A stretch of 64,000 nucleotides of DNA from Octopus sinensis (GCF_006345805.1 NW_021832134.1:40210-104209); one strand, 5' to 3'. Counted from the stretch's first letter, positions 44,651-59,307 are shown. The notes: a model not told the origin generated them from the letters alone. A program made the numbers and translations.

Positions 44651-44927
44651 GGGAGGGTCCATATATATATGTGTTTGTGTTTGCGTTTGACAATCGGGGT
44701 TTACGTTTCCGTAACGTAGGGGTCCGGCAAAAGACGCCAATACAATAACTACCCAACTTAAAAAATGTAATGTATGTCAGCCGAGTGTTGATGCAGTTTT
44801 CTCTCTCTCTGGATGCCATATTACCATATTAAGTCAAGAGAGCGAAACCGAGAAGGTGTCTATGACTGTTCGCAACTACAAAGGTCACCTAAAACTATTA
44901 GCAAAAACATGGTACATATTACCAAGC

Positions 44928-45155
44928 GAGCTGGCAGAAACGTTAGCACGCCGGGCGAAATGCGTAAGCGTATTTCGTCTGCCGTTACGTCCTGAGTTCA
45001 AATTCTGCCGAGGTCAACTTTGCCTTTTACCCTTTCAGGGTCGATTAAATAAGTACCAGTTACGCACTGGAGTCGATATAATCGACTTAATCTGTTTGTC
45101 TGTCCTTGTTTGTCCCCTCTGTGTGTAGCCCCTGTGGGCAGTAAAGAAATAGGTA
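44928..45155 (+). mobile_element. SINE family A, single unit
   Basis: gcgagctggcagaaacgttagc head. Ends at aaagaaataggtat. Confidence 0.9.
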
Positions 45156-45799
45156 TATATTACCAAGCCATACTCTCTCACGAGTGGTGTTTTTATTTTT
45201 TATTATACACACGTGGCATATTTTCTAACGGAAGGAAATGCTGGCATTTGTGGATAGTAAGGAAAGTCTACGAAAAAGAGTGAATCATAATTTTTTTTAG
45301 AGGAATTTAGTCTAAACAAGGTCTTAGTTAAGGCGGAATACTTTTATACTATCTTCGCGGCGTCTTGTGACTTTATCCCAGCCTTTTAAAGAGAATTTAT
45401 TGATTTATTTAATCTCTGAGGAAATTTAATCTTTTTCGAAATTTAACTTTATGAAAGAGAAAGAAAAAATATCAATAAAGATTGTATAATTTTTATGCTG
45501 GAGTTTTTAATAAATGAAATGCATTTCGACGATTCTCTACGAGCATAAATGCTGAGAAACACTGCATCAGATAATTTAGTTCTGGATATATGTCTGATGG
45601 TTGCCGCTAAAATGTCTTTGAACATGGCCTGCATAGTTAAAGATCACGGTCTGGAGAGTTTGTGGCTACACAGCGCTGCTGAAAGCCCCCAACTAAAGCA
45701 ATAACAACAACAACAAAAAGAAGAAGAACAACAACAAAAACAATAACAACGACAGTTACAACAACACTAATAACAATGTTACTGAAATATTGATATAGC

Positions 45800-46490
45800 T
45801 GGAAAAACTCAGCCACACGTCTCGTGGGTGCATCCATCCGCTCAATAATCGCACGCCAGCAATCGAAGTGGATTATAATCGTACCTAGATGTTACAAAGG
45901 GATGGGTGACGTCACCCGTTCGCTGGAAGTTTTAACAGCTCAGAAACCGGTTGCTACGCGCCACACTTCACTGTGGCTACTGAAATATCTCTGATTTTCG
46001 TCGACATGTTCACGCATCCAGGGGACGCTAACATCCTCCATCGGTTGGCTTGCTGCGTCTACATGTCAGTTAGGCAGGCGGATCGTAATGTTACCTAAAT
46101 GCCCGATGTTTAGGAGGTGAACAATACCACCGGGGCCGTGCCGGGTGATGCATTTGTTCCGGATCCAGCCCTACGGCTGCCTGCTGAGAGCTTGTAAAAG
46201 ACACGTGACCTGATTGGCCTCGAAAGAGGGATTTCATGGTCGGGCATTACGCCCAGTCAACGAATCAGGGGCGGAACTACACAGTATCCACGGGAGCTCT
46301 TGACTTTTGTGGACAATGCCCCGCATCCAAGAGGTGTACATCTATTCGCCGTTATTTGACAGACTAAGTATCGACAGCTGTCAACCAAACGCACGGTTCA
46401 TAACCGTACACAAATGCTCGATGTATTAAGGTGGGCGATGTCACCGGGGCCGCCGGAGGCTGCAATGGTCCCCCAATCAGCAGCGAAATT
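45800..46490. other. GC/CpG-rich island of unknown origin
   Basis: Abrupt rise in GC and CpG. Perfect 14-bp palindrome gggtgacgtcaccc at 45904-45917. No recognisable protein in the frames I read. Confidence 0.5.
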
Positions 46491-47350
46491 TTAATCTGAT
46501 TCCGTTACTGTTTTAACCAAATTTGCCAGACTGATTTCGTAAAGATATATATTTCTCATTAGTGTATTCCATTTAGTTTTAAAGTTGTGATTGCTCTTTT
46601 TAACCCTGAATAAGCCTTGATCGAGTGTACCTACGGTAAAATATATTCCATCTGTAATCATTCCATGCTTCTTAGATATTGCGTGCTCTGTACAACAACA
46701 ATAATAAAAGAAGCTGTTTATCATGGCGAACCCACATTTCACAGGTGTTCAAACCTTGTGTCCTATCCATTTCAATAAATGAAACACACTGCCATTACTC
46801 ATTCTGCTAGAGGATACCAGTTAAATCTATCTCAAATAACACTTAAGCGTTTTAGAAATGGATGCATCCGATAATATAACCCTTGGTGCCTTGTGCTTTA
46901 GATAAGACGGGATGCTCACGACTGGCATGTCTTTGGTTATGCATCTGCTGAATGAGGGCAAACCTGGTAAGGTAAACTATATTTTCTTGCTTAAATATGA
47001 TAGAAAATTTGAGGTAAGGGCTTAGTTTAAATTTGTTGATCTGTATTTTGTTATATCGACTCTCAAAAGGATGAAAGCCAAAGTCGACATCAATGAGAAC
47101 AAAAATAGTAAGAAGATAAAGATAAAAAAAAGCAAAAGCAATACCAGCTCTGTCTAACAAATGAGGGAAACTATGTGGTAGTTCAGTCAGCTAGAAATGG
47201 CTGTGTCATCACTCTCGGATCTTACAGTTACATTAAAAGAGAACGGACTCCGCCAAAGAACGGGATTATCACAATTTTGATCGTAGGTCTGCTCTATGAA
47301 GTTGTGCTGAGTGTAAAGAACACAACCATCACCACCACAACCAGCAGCAG

Positions 47351-47700
47351 CAGTGGAGGTGCAATGGCCCAATGGTTAGGTCAGCGGACTCGCGGTCGGA
47401 GGATCGCGGTTTCGATTCCCAGACCGAGCGTTGTGTGTGTTTATTGAGCGAAAACACCTAAAGCTCCACGAGGCTTCGGCAGGGGATGGTGGCGACCCCT
47501 GTTGTACTCTTTCGCTCCAACTTTCTCTCACTCTTTCTTCCTGTTTCTTGTCCCCGACTTCCTACGCAACCGCTGAGCCTGGATGCGCATTCATCCATCC
47601 GTCGATGCTCTCGGTGTCGGGGGTTGACCTGCTTTCTCTGCTGCGGGTCTTACGAATAGCAAAGAACCACGGTTCGGACCGCTCGGACCGGATCGCTCAA
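47351..47700 (+). mobile_element. tRNA(Arg)-like SINE (OR-type head) with CAG/CAA-associated 3' module
   Basis: Same head as 7898, different tail after 47548. cagcagcagt on both flanks (47345-47354, 47707-47716). Confidence 0.8.
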
Positions 47701-47769
47701 CAGCAACAGCAGCAGTAGCACGAACCACCACCACCAACAGCAATCACAATAACAATCGTCTCTAGTTAA

Positions 47770-47970
47770 AGTACAAAGCCCACAATTTTTGAGGGGAAGA
47801 TGTTAGGTGATACCATGGACACCAGCATTTAACTGGTACTTTATTTTATCGATCTCACAGTGACGAAAGCTAAAGTTGATCTCGGTGGGATTTGAACTCA
47901 AAACTTAGGGTCGGAACAAACACCGCATGCATTTTTTTTCTGACGCTTCAGCGTTTCTGCTAGCTGGCTA
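47770..47970 (-). mobile_element. Diverged SINE family A
   Basis: aactggtactttattttatcgat...aaagttgatctcggtgggatttgaactc. Confidence 0.7.
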
Positions 47971-49807
47971 ATAAATATGCAGTAGTGAGGCAATGTCTCG
48001 TTACACACGCCAGGGCTGGGTTCCGATCAGCTGAGCAGAGCTGAAAATTTCGTGTAAAATTTGCAACTGCAGAATTTTGAACCCGAAACATCAAAGATGG
48101 TACTCTTTGAAGGAAAGACTCTGATGCAAAGAATACAAAATATATAAACGAAGAAAATAACCAAATGTTAGTTTGAATAAACTTACTGAAAACTGGGTGA
48201 AAAAGATAAAATTAACTAGGTAACTGTACAAAAGGTAAACCTGAAAATATATTCATATATATCGTCTGTCTAAGACTAGTTGAAGCAATAAAGAAATGAG
48301 AAAATTGTAGCACAGTATTAATTCAAAAAACCATATAAGGTTTGTCTTCATTTAGTTCTAACTGTATCTCGAAGCAGTTTAAAATTCTATTTTTTTTAAC
48401 CAACCAATTACTGAAATGATGATTATTTCTTTGCGAAAAATATATCATGAATCAATATATTTAGATATAGTTTTTCTCCTTTCAAATTTATGCTCTTCCA
48501 TAAAAGCCATTTGACTTTCAAATTATCTCGTTCTTTTTCATTTGTTTTGAGGCGTCTAGAGCATATATTAGTTCTCTTTTTTATCTTTTACTTACCTTAT
48601 TCCCACATCTCTTTAGTTTACTTTCAATAACTTTTATACTTCATATCTCAATTTAAACAACTATCTGATGAGATTGCAAATTGAAGAAACGTGAACGAAA
48701 CAATATGAACGAAACAATACACAAACAATATGAACAAACAAGAAAAGAAAAGGGGTTTAAAAATATTAGAAAAGTATCGGATGGTTTTGCCTAGCATGAT
48801 TTGCCAATGGAAAAATTGGATTCGACTAGTGTTTATAAAAAAACACAAAGAAGAAAGCCATTGTAACGTTAGCAAGTTATTGAGCATTCATATTTACTGT
48901 CTGAAATATAATTTGGAAACCAAACGACATTTCGTTTTCAGAATAATAAAACTGAATGTTATAAGGATTCTTGCTAAATGATTGTTGATTATGGAAACAA
49001 GTATATAGACTTCTTTTATGAAGCAGACATAGGAAGATATGAATAAATGAAAAGCAAACCTATGAAAACGAAGCAAATATAATCTACATAATACACACAC
49101 ACAAACACACACACACATACACAAACACACACACACGCACACACACAAACACACACACGCACACACACACACACATACACACACATTTATATTAATTTAT
49201 TGTATACATGATTAGTTTATACACATGCATACACACAGTCGTTTGATTACTTCTATGTATGTATGTATGTATGTATGTATGTATGTATCTATCTATCTAT
49301 CGTTATGATTGATTTACATATGCACACAATGTACATAAACATATGTACATACACACACATATAGGTATATGCATATAAAACGTATTATAATACACACACA
49401 TATATATAAATATATATATATATATACGCATGCTTTATGCATGTGTATACGCATTCATATATGTATGCATATATAACTGATTATTGTACATACACATGCT
49501 ATATTTACACACGAAAACGGTTAAATATGTGCATGCCCTCCCACCCCATACATACTTATATATAATTATATATGATCAAACTGAACATAATAAAAAAATG
49601 GAATACGAGTTTTTTTTTAAAAGTAAATTATTGATTTTGCAATAATACTTTTGCTTAGATCTGTCATCTGTCATTTAACGTCATGTTAAAATAGTTTAAA
49701 ATAATTGATTTGAGGTGTTTTTAACCTCTGTTTAACAGTAAATCTCTCTGTACGATCGAATCAATTGACTTTTCACAAAGTAAAGAATATTTATCTATCT
49801 GTCTGTC

Positions 49808-49910
<103 letters not shown>

Positions 49911-50379
49911 GATCTATCTATCTGTGACATTGAATACATAATCTGAAACTAAGAAGATCTCACTACGCTTCATTCCATGTTTAGGTAAAGATGCTGAACG
50001 TAACAATACGAAAAAAATGAGAAAATCGTCCAATGTTTTAGAAATTTTGTTGCTCTTGTGGTGAAATATATACGACATGATGGTGTTTAAATAATGCTTA
50101 GTCGATTGAGCCAGCATTTCTGTTGGCTGCGTTCATGTGATGAACTGAATACCGCAATGTACCAAAAGTTAATCTACGATTCTTAGCTTCGACTTATTAC
50201 TTCTGTGAACTATCTCATATGATGGTAGATTCAAAGACTATATAGAGCTAATTCCCTTCATTGTATAACGCTCAATATAAAGCCCTTCCTAAGACACTAG
50301 TCCTCTCAATCAATCCTAGGCGATCAATAATATTCAGGGAAAGATTTGAGCTTTTGATTTAGTTGCCTGATGGTTCCAG

Positions 50380-50600
50380 TTAAACCGAAACAGGTCTCGA
50401 GGAGAGCCTCATCCTACTGAACTGGATGAACATAGGGATAGATATATCTTGAAAAAAAAAAGAGAACAAAATGTGCAACGGCAGAACAAGTGGGTAAATA
50501 TGTATGATCTCAAAAGCTGAACTGGACAATGCTGATCTAAGCAATGTGTAACTGGGCAATCCCAGACGGACTGGCATTGAAGGCGCAGCTCAAGCATTAC
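50380..50600 (+). mobile_element. Possible decayed Tc1-type transposase HTH region
   Basis: SRG.P..TELDEHRDRYIL and ATAEQV resemble Tc1 GRP..T..DR.I..TA segments. Heavily disrupted. Confidence 0.3.
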
Positions 50601-50723
50601 ATGAGTTGATGTCTTCGAGATCATCGTGTGTGGGTCATATCCTGGCAAGGTTAGGGCTCACTCAAATGAAAATTACACAACCAGTAATTCTTCTGATATC
50701 TATTTAGACAATATCATAAGGTG

Positions 50724-50770
<47 letters not shown>

Positions 50771-51089
50771 ATATGTTTGTCTCTCTATTTTTTAATTACT
50801 ATAAATCTTCCACTGAGGAGAGATGTAGTTAACACAGACAAATTCACATTTGGAACTTGAGAGAAGTCTTGCATATTTTTACTGTTCCACTTACACATTG
50901 CACTTGAAATGTACTTTTTCTGAAAATTCCAGTTTATCCAGATTCTCCTTTAAGAATTTTCGAACAAAACTTCAATTATTATTGGTATGTATATGAATTC
51001 ATAGTATGTATATAGAAGCTGGAGGATTCGAAGCAGTTGTCTATAAATATCCTCTTTTTCTTTGATTTTCAGAGATATTTACATTTTAT

Positions 51090-51305
51090 TTCATTATTGC
51101 CCACAACGGGCTAAACATAGAGGGGATAAACAAGGACAGACAAAGGGATTAAGTCGATTACATCGACCCCAGTGCGTAACTGGTACTTAATTTGTCGACC
51201 CCTAAAGGATGACAGGCAAAGTCGACCTCGGCGGAATTTGCAGAACCTAAAGATAGACGAAATACCGCTAAGCATTTCTCCCGGCGTGCCAGCGTTTCTG
51301 CCAGC
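51090..51305 (-). mobile_element. SINE family A
   Basis: gattaagtcgattacatcgaccccagtgcgtaactggtact...gtcgacctcggcggaattt. Confidence 0.88.
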
Positions 51306-51342
51306 TGACCACTATGATGGTACTTATCTGCCTGCCTGCCTA

Positions 51343-51447
51343 CCCATCTACCTACCTACCTACCTACCTACCTACCTACCTACCTACCTACCTACCTACC
51401 TACCTACATACCTACCTACCTACCTACCTACCTACCTACCTACCTAC
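51343..51447. repeat. (CCTA)n microsatellite
   Basis: Direct reading. Confidence 0.95.
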
Positions 51448-52103
51448 TTACGTATGTATTTATCTCTTTCTCTTTATATACTCATACAAACATGCATGTA
51501 CATATGCATAAACATATATACATACATAATACATACATACGTACACCCTCACGCACATACACATATGTAGTTATATACTATTATATTTCGGGATGGTCAT
51601 TCATTTCTTGCCAAATAAACACACGTACATATATATTTGTTCTCCGTTTGTATATCATTGTTCTTATTTTATCTTATGTTCATTGTCTAGAAATAAAATA
51701 TAAAGAGTATGAGAAATGAATATATCTTCTTAAGCACTTGACATCATTGAGATTACGGCCGTTTCGCAGCCTTTTCATGTAGTAATAATTTCAGTGTGGA
51801 ATAAATTATGTTTACAGTGATTGCATTCATATTCATGCATTGCATTTTACAATAGAACTGCATATTCACAAAAACAGTGCAAATAAAGAAAGCTAGCTCA
51901 TCACATCACCAGAACATCATGGTTACACCAACGACTCATATTAGTGCAAAAATGTAAACATAATTTAGCCTATTCTGAATACATTACTTCAGGAAGAAGG
52001 CTGTAACACGACCGTATTAGAAGATAAAGTTGAAAAGTATGTTTACGTGTGTGTGTGTGTTTGTGTGTATGTGTGCACGAGTGTGTGTGTGTGTGTGTGT
52101 GTG

Positions 52104-52134
<31 letters not shown>

Positions 52135-52749
52135 TGAGCATGTATGGATATAACCCAAATAAACAGAACTGAAATTTGCATAAATTATTATTTTCAACAT
52201 CATTATTTGTGTTGTTATCAATGCACTTAAATCAATATAAAATACACAGTTGACTTCATTAGATTCGCATTCATTGCTTTCAAGAGAAAAGACAAGAAAA
52301 CAACAACCACAACAACAGCAATAACAACAACAACGGCAACAAACAGCAATGACAAAAACACACAGTTTTCAATCAATGAAAGATGTAAGGACTGCTGCAT
52401 TTGGGGGCATTTTTGTAGATTTACGTGGGTTGACACAAGTGCATTTGTAGTCATTTATTTTTAACAAAATCTTTGCTGAGTTCTTTTAAAAATATTGTCT
52501 TAGCAATCATTTATCTTTGCTGTAGCACATAGAATTTTTTTTTTTACCTAATTGACCATACGGATGTTGTATGATTGTAGATTCAACCGAAAATGAAATA
52601 CAGTGCAATGAAATGTCTGCATGTATACAAAATTGAATACGGTCCTTGCAATACACTTGGAGTGTTTGAATACATTGACGCGCTATACTGTGTGATCTAA
52701 TTAATGTTGCTTCGTTTCAAATAAACTTACGTGTTACAGTATTGTATAG

Positions 52750-52915
52750 GCGAAGGAGTGGCTGTGTGGTAAGTAGCTTACTTACGAATCACATGGTTCC
52801 AGGTTAAGTCCCACTGCGTGGCACCTTAGGCAAGTGTCTTCTATTATAGCCTCGGGCCGACCAAAGCCTTGTGAGTGGATTTGGTAGACGGAAACTGAAA
52901 GAAACCCGTTGTACA
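52750..52915 (+). mobile_element. SINE family B head
   Basis: ggagtggctgtgtggtaagtagc...gacggaaactgaaagaaacccgt. Confidence 0.9.
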
Positions 52916-52931
52916 TATGTATATGTATATA

Positions 52932-52968
<37 letters not shown>

Positions 52969-53169
52969 ATATGTTTGTGTGTCTGTGTTTGCTCACGGGA
53001 CCATCAGCCATCTTTCTTTTTTTCCTAACTTGTGTTTCTTTCTTTCTCTCCGTTGTAGCTGGAACAAGGAAGACGTGTTCTTGTTTGTCTCCTGTCCAAG
53101 CTTGATTTACGCGTATATATATACATATATATATATATACTTAGTGATGTAAGTATGTATATATGCATA

Positions 53170-53247
<78 letters not shown>

Positions 53248-53289
53248 CATATATATATGTGTATGTATATATGTATGTATATATCATTT

Positions 53290-53490
53290 ACATTTTTACC
53301 TGTTTTAGTCACTGGACTTCAGCCATGCTGGGGTTGCTCCTTTCTATAGTTTAGTCGAACAAATTGACCTCTGTACTTGTGTTTTTCTTCAGGACTAGTA
53401 CTTACTCGACTGGCCTGTTATGCAGAACTGCTAAGTTACGGGGACATAAACCACCCAACACCGGTCATCAAGCAATGGTGGAAGACAAGT
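53290..53490 (-). mobile_element. SINE family B tail
   Basis: cagccatgctgg, tagtcgaacaaattgacc, gaactgctaagttacgggg. Confidence 0.75.
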
Positions 53491-53604
53491 ACAACCACAT
53501 ATATACACGCGCGTGCACACAGACGCACAAAGACACACACACGCGTGGTGGTGGAACACAGGTAAAAACACACATACACGCGCATACAAACACACGCACA
53601 CGCT

Positions 53605-53976
53605 GGGTGCAGTGAATAAATTGTCGTCTAAATTACGCAAAAATGAAAAAAACATTGACATCTCATTTTAACAAATATATTTACTAAAATAACATTAAAA
53701 TATTTTGAAATACTAAAGAGTAACTTTATTTAATAAAATCGCCATTGGATTTAACCACAGCTTCCAGAGAACTTCGGAATCTCCTGCAACTCTTCTGTAC
53801 GGTCTCAGTGTTTAAATTGGTGAATGCTTCTATAATCCTTGCCTTCAGTTCATCATTGGTGTTACAAGGAGTTTTGTAGGTCTCTCACTCAACTGCGCCC
53901 CACACATTGTAAAAAAGGGGGTTTGCAGTCCGGGAATTAGTTCGCTAGATGTTAGGGGTGATGTGGTCGCAGAAAA
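53605..53976 (-). mobile_element. 3' end of Tc1/mariner (maT-like) transposon
   Basis: Homologous to 58177-58550. Begins gggtgcagtgaataaattgtcg. Confidence 0.8.
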
Positions 53977-54139
53977 AAGTTCGTTTCTATGCTTTTGTTT
54001 TTATGTTTTCGTTTCTCATTGTTTTAAACTTTTTCTGATGTCCTGTACCCATATATGCATGTATACATACATATATATATATGTAGGTATGTACATATAT
54101 GTATGTATATATGCATATATTTATATATTATTTATATAT

Positions 54140-54185
<46 letters not shown>

Positions 54186-54234
54186 GTGTGTGTATATAAT
54201 ATATATGCGCGTGTGGCTGTCTATGTGTCGTTGT

Positions 54235-54390
54235 ATCTGCTTGAGAACGGGTGTTGGTGAGTTTATGTCCTTGTAGTTTAGCCGTTATAGAATAAGAATC
54301 AGATACTACAATAGTATTGGGATCGATTTGTTCGACTAAATTTCTTCAAGGCAGTGTCCCAGCATGGCCACAGTCTAATGACTGAAACAC
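54235..54390 (+). mobile_element. SINE family B tail
   Basis: ggtgttggtgagtttatgtcc...gatcgatttgttcgactaa...agcatggccacagtc. Confidence 0.75.
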
Positions 54391-55016
54391 ATACATACAT
54401 ATGTATATGATGTATGTACAAACACACCCACACACATATATACAAACATTTACATACATACCTATGTATAAACTATATATGTTTGAATACAAAAACATAC
54501 TTATATATATATTATATATATGTGTATATATGTTTTTTGTATATACTCATTTTCATGGATAGCACACATACACGCACACACTCACACCTGTATTCATTAG
54601 GAGCCGAAATATCTGGAGGCCTAGAAAGCTTGAAGACTGGCGCGTGTTTAAATTAACTATAATATTGATTTTTTACGTTGGACAAGCAATTGGCACTTGG
54701 CCGAACCATAGATTGTTGTTTCATTGAGGGAATTCATCTACGAATAACGCTTTTCTATTCCAACAAGCATGAAGACATAACCAAAATATATCACATGCTA
54801 CGCAAAATATAAATATCTACTTACGCATACATAGGTTTATTACAAGGTATATTCCTAAATATATACGCACCTCCATACAAACATGCGCGTACACTCACGC
54901 GCGTGCCTGCACACACATACATACATATACACATAGGAATGTTTTTATTCTAATATAACAACGCTTATCTGTTATATATATAATATATATTTATATGATA
55001 TATATATATATATATA

Positions 55017-55065
<49 letters not shown>

Positions 55066-55066
55066 G

Positions 55067-55132
<66 letters not shown>

Positions 55133-55204
55133 GGAGACCAAAGTGTACGTACACACGAGCTATATATATGTATATATATATATATATTATATATATATAT
55201 TTAT

Positions 55205-55415
55205 ATAATGATACAAAATGGGACAAGAGCGCAAAATATCCAGATAGATGATACAAAGAAAACAAGGACGGGTCATTCAAATTTTTCTTTCCTCAGTCAA
55301 GTACCGATTATATTCGCAATTTCGGCTGATCATACTTGAGATTGCTCCAATCTGGCCAGCCCCAAGGAAAAACTAAGCTAAGAGCATTAGATTCTTTGGA
55401 AGAAAGCAGCGAATG
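55205..55415. mobile_element. Family D repeat
   Basis: Reverse complement of 43935-44147. Abuts (TA)n. Confidence 0.75.
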
Positions 55416-55425
55416 TATACAAAAA

Positions 55426-55499
<74 letters not shown>

Positions 55500-55597
55500 A
55501 TCTATCTATCTATCTATCTATTTACCCATCTGCCTATCTCTCTCTCTGTCTGTTTAATAATCTGTCTGTCAGTCTGTCTGTCTGTTTGTCTGTTGTC

Positions 55598-55648
<51 letters not shown>

Positions 55649-56078
55649 TATATATATATTAACACATATGTATGTACTTGAATATGATTTCCTGTGTGCG
55701 CATGCCCACGTATGTGTATATTGAGGTATATATGTATACATATGAACGTATTTATACATATATATATTTCTATACATACATATTTCGCTACCCCAGCATG
55801 GTTAAAATCCTTGTGCCGAAATGCATAAAAGTATGAAAATGAAATAAAATATAAGAATATAAACGTATGTATGAATATATAAGTGTGTGTGCGTGTGTGT
55901 GCGTGTGTGTGCATGTGTGTGTGTTTGTGCGTACATACACACACATAATATATATATATATATATAATATATGTCTATATATATAGCATATATGTATATA
56001 TACACACACATATATATATATGTATTTTTGTGTATATATATATATATATATATATGTATGCATGTATGTGTGTATGTA

Positions 56079-56119
<41 letters not shown>

Positions 56120-57010
56120 GAATATATAACCGCATGATTCATGCATGCATACATATGCAATATGCATATAGAAGCATGTTGCCGTTTTCCTATGGTTGAT
56201 TGTGTCAATGTCTCCCGAGCCATAAAAGTTATACTTAATTCCTGCCAACTCTTCTTGTAAAGCCCAATTTCTTTTACTGTATTCCTCATAATATCTGCAG
56301 GCAATTCCTCCCCAACTTTAATAAATCCCTTCTCTTTTCCCTCGTTTTCCCTCTGCCTCTCTCTACGTTTATATGGTAGAATTTTTTTTGTTCTTTAACG
56401 GAGTAAGCAATTCAAGCATAAATTTCTGTTGCCATGTATGCAGGCAAAATTGAAATAAATAAATAAATAAATAAATTAGAGAAATAGAGAACGAAAACAA
56501 AACAAAAGATTATATCGTATTACAAAATAAATGTATCAAGGAAACAACAACTTTAACAACAATACGAACAATAAGAAGCAGAAGCAGGAAAAATTTCGTT
56601 CGCAATATACCGCTCTAAACGCTAATCTGATACATACATACATACATACATACATACATACATACATACATACATGCGTACATACAAACGTACATACATA
56701 CATACATACATACATACATACATACATACATGTACATACATACATACATACATACATACACACGTACATACATACATAGATACATACATACACACGTACA
56801 TACATACATGCATAGATACATACATACATAAATACGTACATGCATACATACATACATACATACATACATACATACATACATACGTGTATACACACACACA
56901 TATATGTTTGAAATCCAAGTATCTATTGAATTCTCTGAAACATTGTTGAAATGTCTTCCTATTCAATTCAAAAATCATATATATAGTGTATATATATATA
57001 TATATATATA

Positions 57011-57080
<70 letters not shown>

Positions 57081-57081
57081 T

Positions 57082-57134
<53 letters not shown>

Positions 57135-57240
57135 TATGTATATATATGTGTATATATATATGTATTATGTATGTATATATATGTATGTACATATATGTAT
57201 ATATAATTATATATATATATATTATATATATATATATATA

Positions 57241-57277
<37 letters not shown>

Positions 57278-57664
57278 TTATTTGTTGTACTTGAACAGGA
57301 ATAAAAAAATTTCTTTTTATAACATTGCGATTTCGAAAAGCGGTTTATATGTTGTTCAATTTTTTTTTTTTTTAAATCTTTTCTTTTCAAATTTTTTTTC
57401 CAGAAAGAAAGACATGTACTTACATTGTTATAGTATTGTATTTGTTGTATGTATTGAACTGAAATTCTGAATGAATAAGTGCATACATACATAAATAAAT
57501 ACATACGTACATACATGCATACATACACATACATACATACTCATATGTGCGTGTGTGTCTGCGTATCTTTATATGTACGTACATGTATATATGTATATAT
57601 ATTTATATTTGTATACTTACCTCCGTACCACACACGCACACACACACATAAATGTACAAAACGA

Positions 57665-57900
57665 TCAAAGGTCCTTCTTGAGCCAAGACTTATAAGGCTG
57701 GTCTCCCAGATTATGTGGTGTTATATTATTCCCCTGGATAAGACACCGATCCGTTGCCGGACTGTTTGCCAGTTTTATGGGCTGAAGTGGCGTAAAATGA
57801 AGTGTTTTGCTCAAGAACACTAAGCATCACCCAGCCCAGGAATGGAAACCATTATCTTATGATCATGAGTGTAACACCCTCACCACCAACCCATGCATCC
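57665..57900 (-). mobile_element. SINE family C with a third 3' module
   Basis: Minus strand has tgggttggtggtgagg..ggtttccattcc..gttcttgagcaaaacacttc. Confidence 0.65.
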
Positions 57901-57922
57901 CTTTATAGGTAAAATTATCCAC

Positions 57923-57986
57923 ATAATTATAATTAGGGTTCAGTTAACTGTGGTGAAATAGTTAGCTGAACCCTAATTATAATTAT
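57923..57986. repeat. 64-nt hairpin (27-bp stem, 10-nt loop)
   Basis: ataattataattagggttcagttaact-gtggtgaaat-agttagctgaaccctaattataattat, with one mismatch that is a G.U pair in plus-strand RNA. Confidence 0.9.
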
Positions 57987-58004
57987 ATATATATTTACAT
58001 ATAT

Positions 58005-58165
58005 AGGGCTTCTTTCAGTTTATGTCTACCAAATCCACTCAGAAGAATTTGGTCGGACTAAGGTTATAGTAGAAGACACCTGACCAAGGTGCCACGCAGT
58101 GGGAATGAATCCAGCACGACGTGGTAGGAATGCAAATTTCTTATCACACAGGCACGTTTGCGCTT
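58005..58165 (-). mobile_element. SINE family B head
   Basis: gggcttctttcagttt..ctaccaaatccactc..ccaaggtgccacgcagtggga. Confidence 0.85.
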
Positions 58166-58176
58166 ATGCATATATA

Positions 58177-59029
58177 GAGGGTGCAGTGAATATATTGTCG
58201 TCTAAATTATGCAAAAATGAAAACACTGGCATCTCATTTTAACAAATATATTTACCAAAATAACATTAAAATAACTTGAGATACTAAAGAGTAAATTTAT
58301 TTAAAATAAATCGCCATTGCCTTTAACCAAGGTCTCCAGACGACTTCTGAGTCTCCTGCATATCTTCTGGATGGTCTCCTTGTTTAAGTTGGTGAATGCT
58401 GCCATAATCCTTGCCTTCAGTTCATCTTTCGTGTTACAAGGTGTTTGTTGGTCCCTCACTCAACTGGGCTTCACACATAACAATGAAAGGGGGTTGCAGC
58501 CTGAGTAGTTAGATAGCCAGATGTTAGGTGTGATGTGGTCGCAGAAATTGATTGCCATGAGTGAATTCTCCTGCTTGTGTGACATGATGCAGAGAACTGT
58601 TGCCATACATAGGGTCTTCCAGCAGACACCCTCTTGACCCAGGGCAGCACTAATTCCTCCAGACACTTGACGTAGGCCTCCGTATTGAGTGTGATGCTAT
58701 GTGGGACGCTGAATAGAGGCATAACGTCGCCATCACTAGTGATTACTTCAAATACCATGATGTTTGATTTTGTCACTCACGGCAACTGTTTTGGGGACAC
58801 GGCAAGCCAACGGTTGTTCTGTGTGTTCACTATCAGTTCGTATTGAAGCTTCCGGCGCGCATGCGAAGTATTACAGCATGTCATTTCTAAATTTCTGGTA
58901 GAGTGAATTGCGTCATGGTGTTTCTCAAAGACGATGCCCAACTGACCCTAGTATAGTGTAGTCGACAAAATTAAAAGCAAACAATGCACATGCACGAAAT
59001 TTAAAATATTCAATGGCGACAGTTCTCCT

Positions 59030-59031
<2 letters not shown>
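58177..59031 (-). mobile_element. Internally deleted Tc1/mariner (maT/DD37D-like) transposon
   Basis: IMVFEVITSDGDVMP..GRPYVWQQ.SASCHTS, NIWLSNYSGCNPL (corrupted WPPNSPDCNPL), NTKDELKARIMAAF. TA at both ends. The two termini are only weakly similar. Confidence 0.8.
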
Positions 59032-59080
<49 letters not shown>

Positions 59081-59188
59081 GAAAAGAAAAGATTAAAAAA
59101 AAAAGAATTGAAACAAAAATAAACCGCTTTTCGAAATCGCAATGTTATAAAAAAGAAATTTTTTTTCCTGTTCAAGTACAACAAATAA

Positions 59189-59235
<47 letters not shown>

Positions 59236-59307
59236 ATACATAATGTACATACATATATATACATACATATATACATATATATATACACATATTATACATA
59301 TGAATAT

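Noticed and set aside
46491-46742. 83-aa minus-strand ORF next to the CpG island
   Set aside because: No homology recognised and no supporting splice or start context.
48660-48695. CTGATGA...GAAACGTG
   Set aside because: The intervening 14 nt do not form a closing stem II. Likely chance or too decayed.
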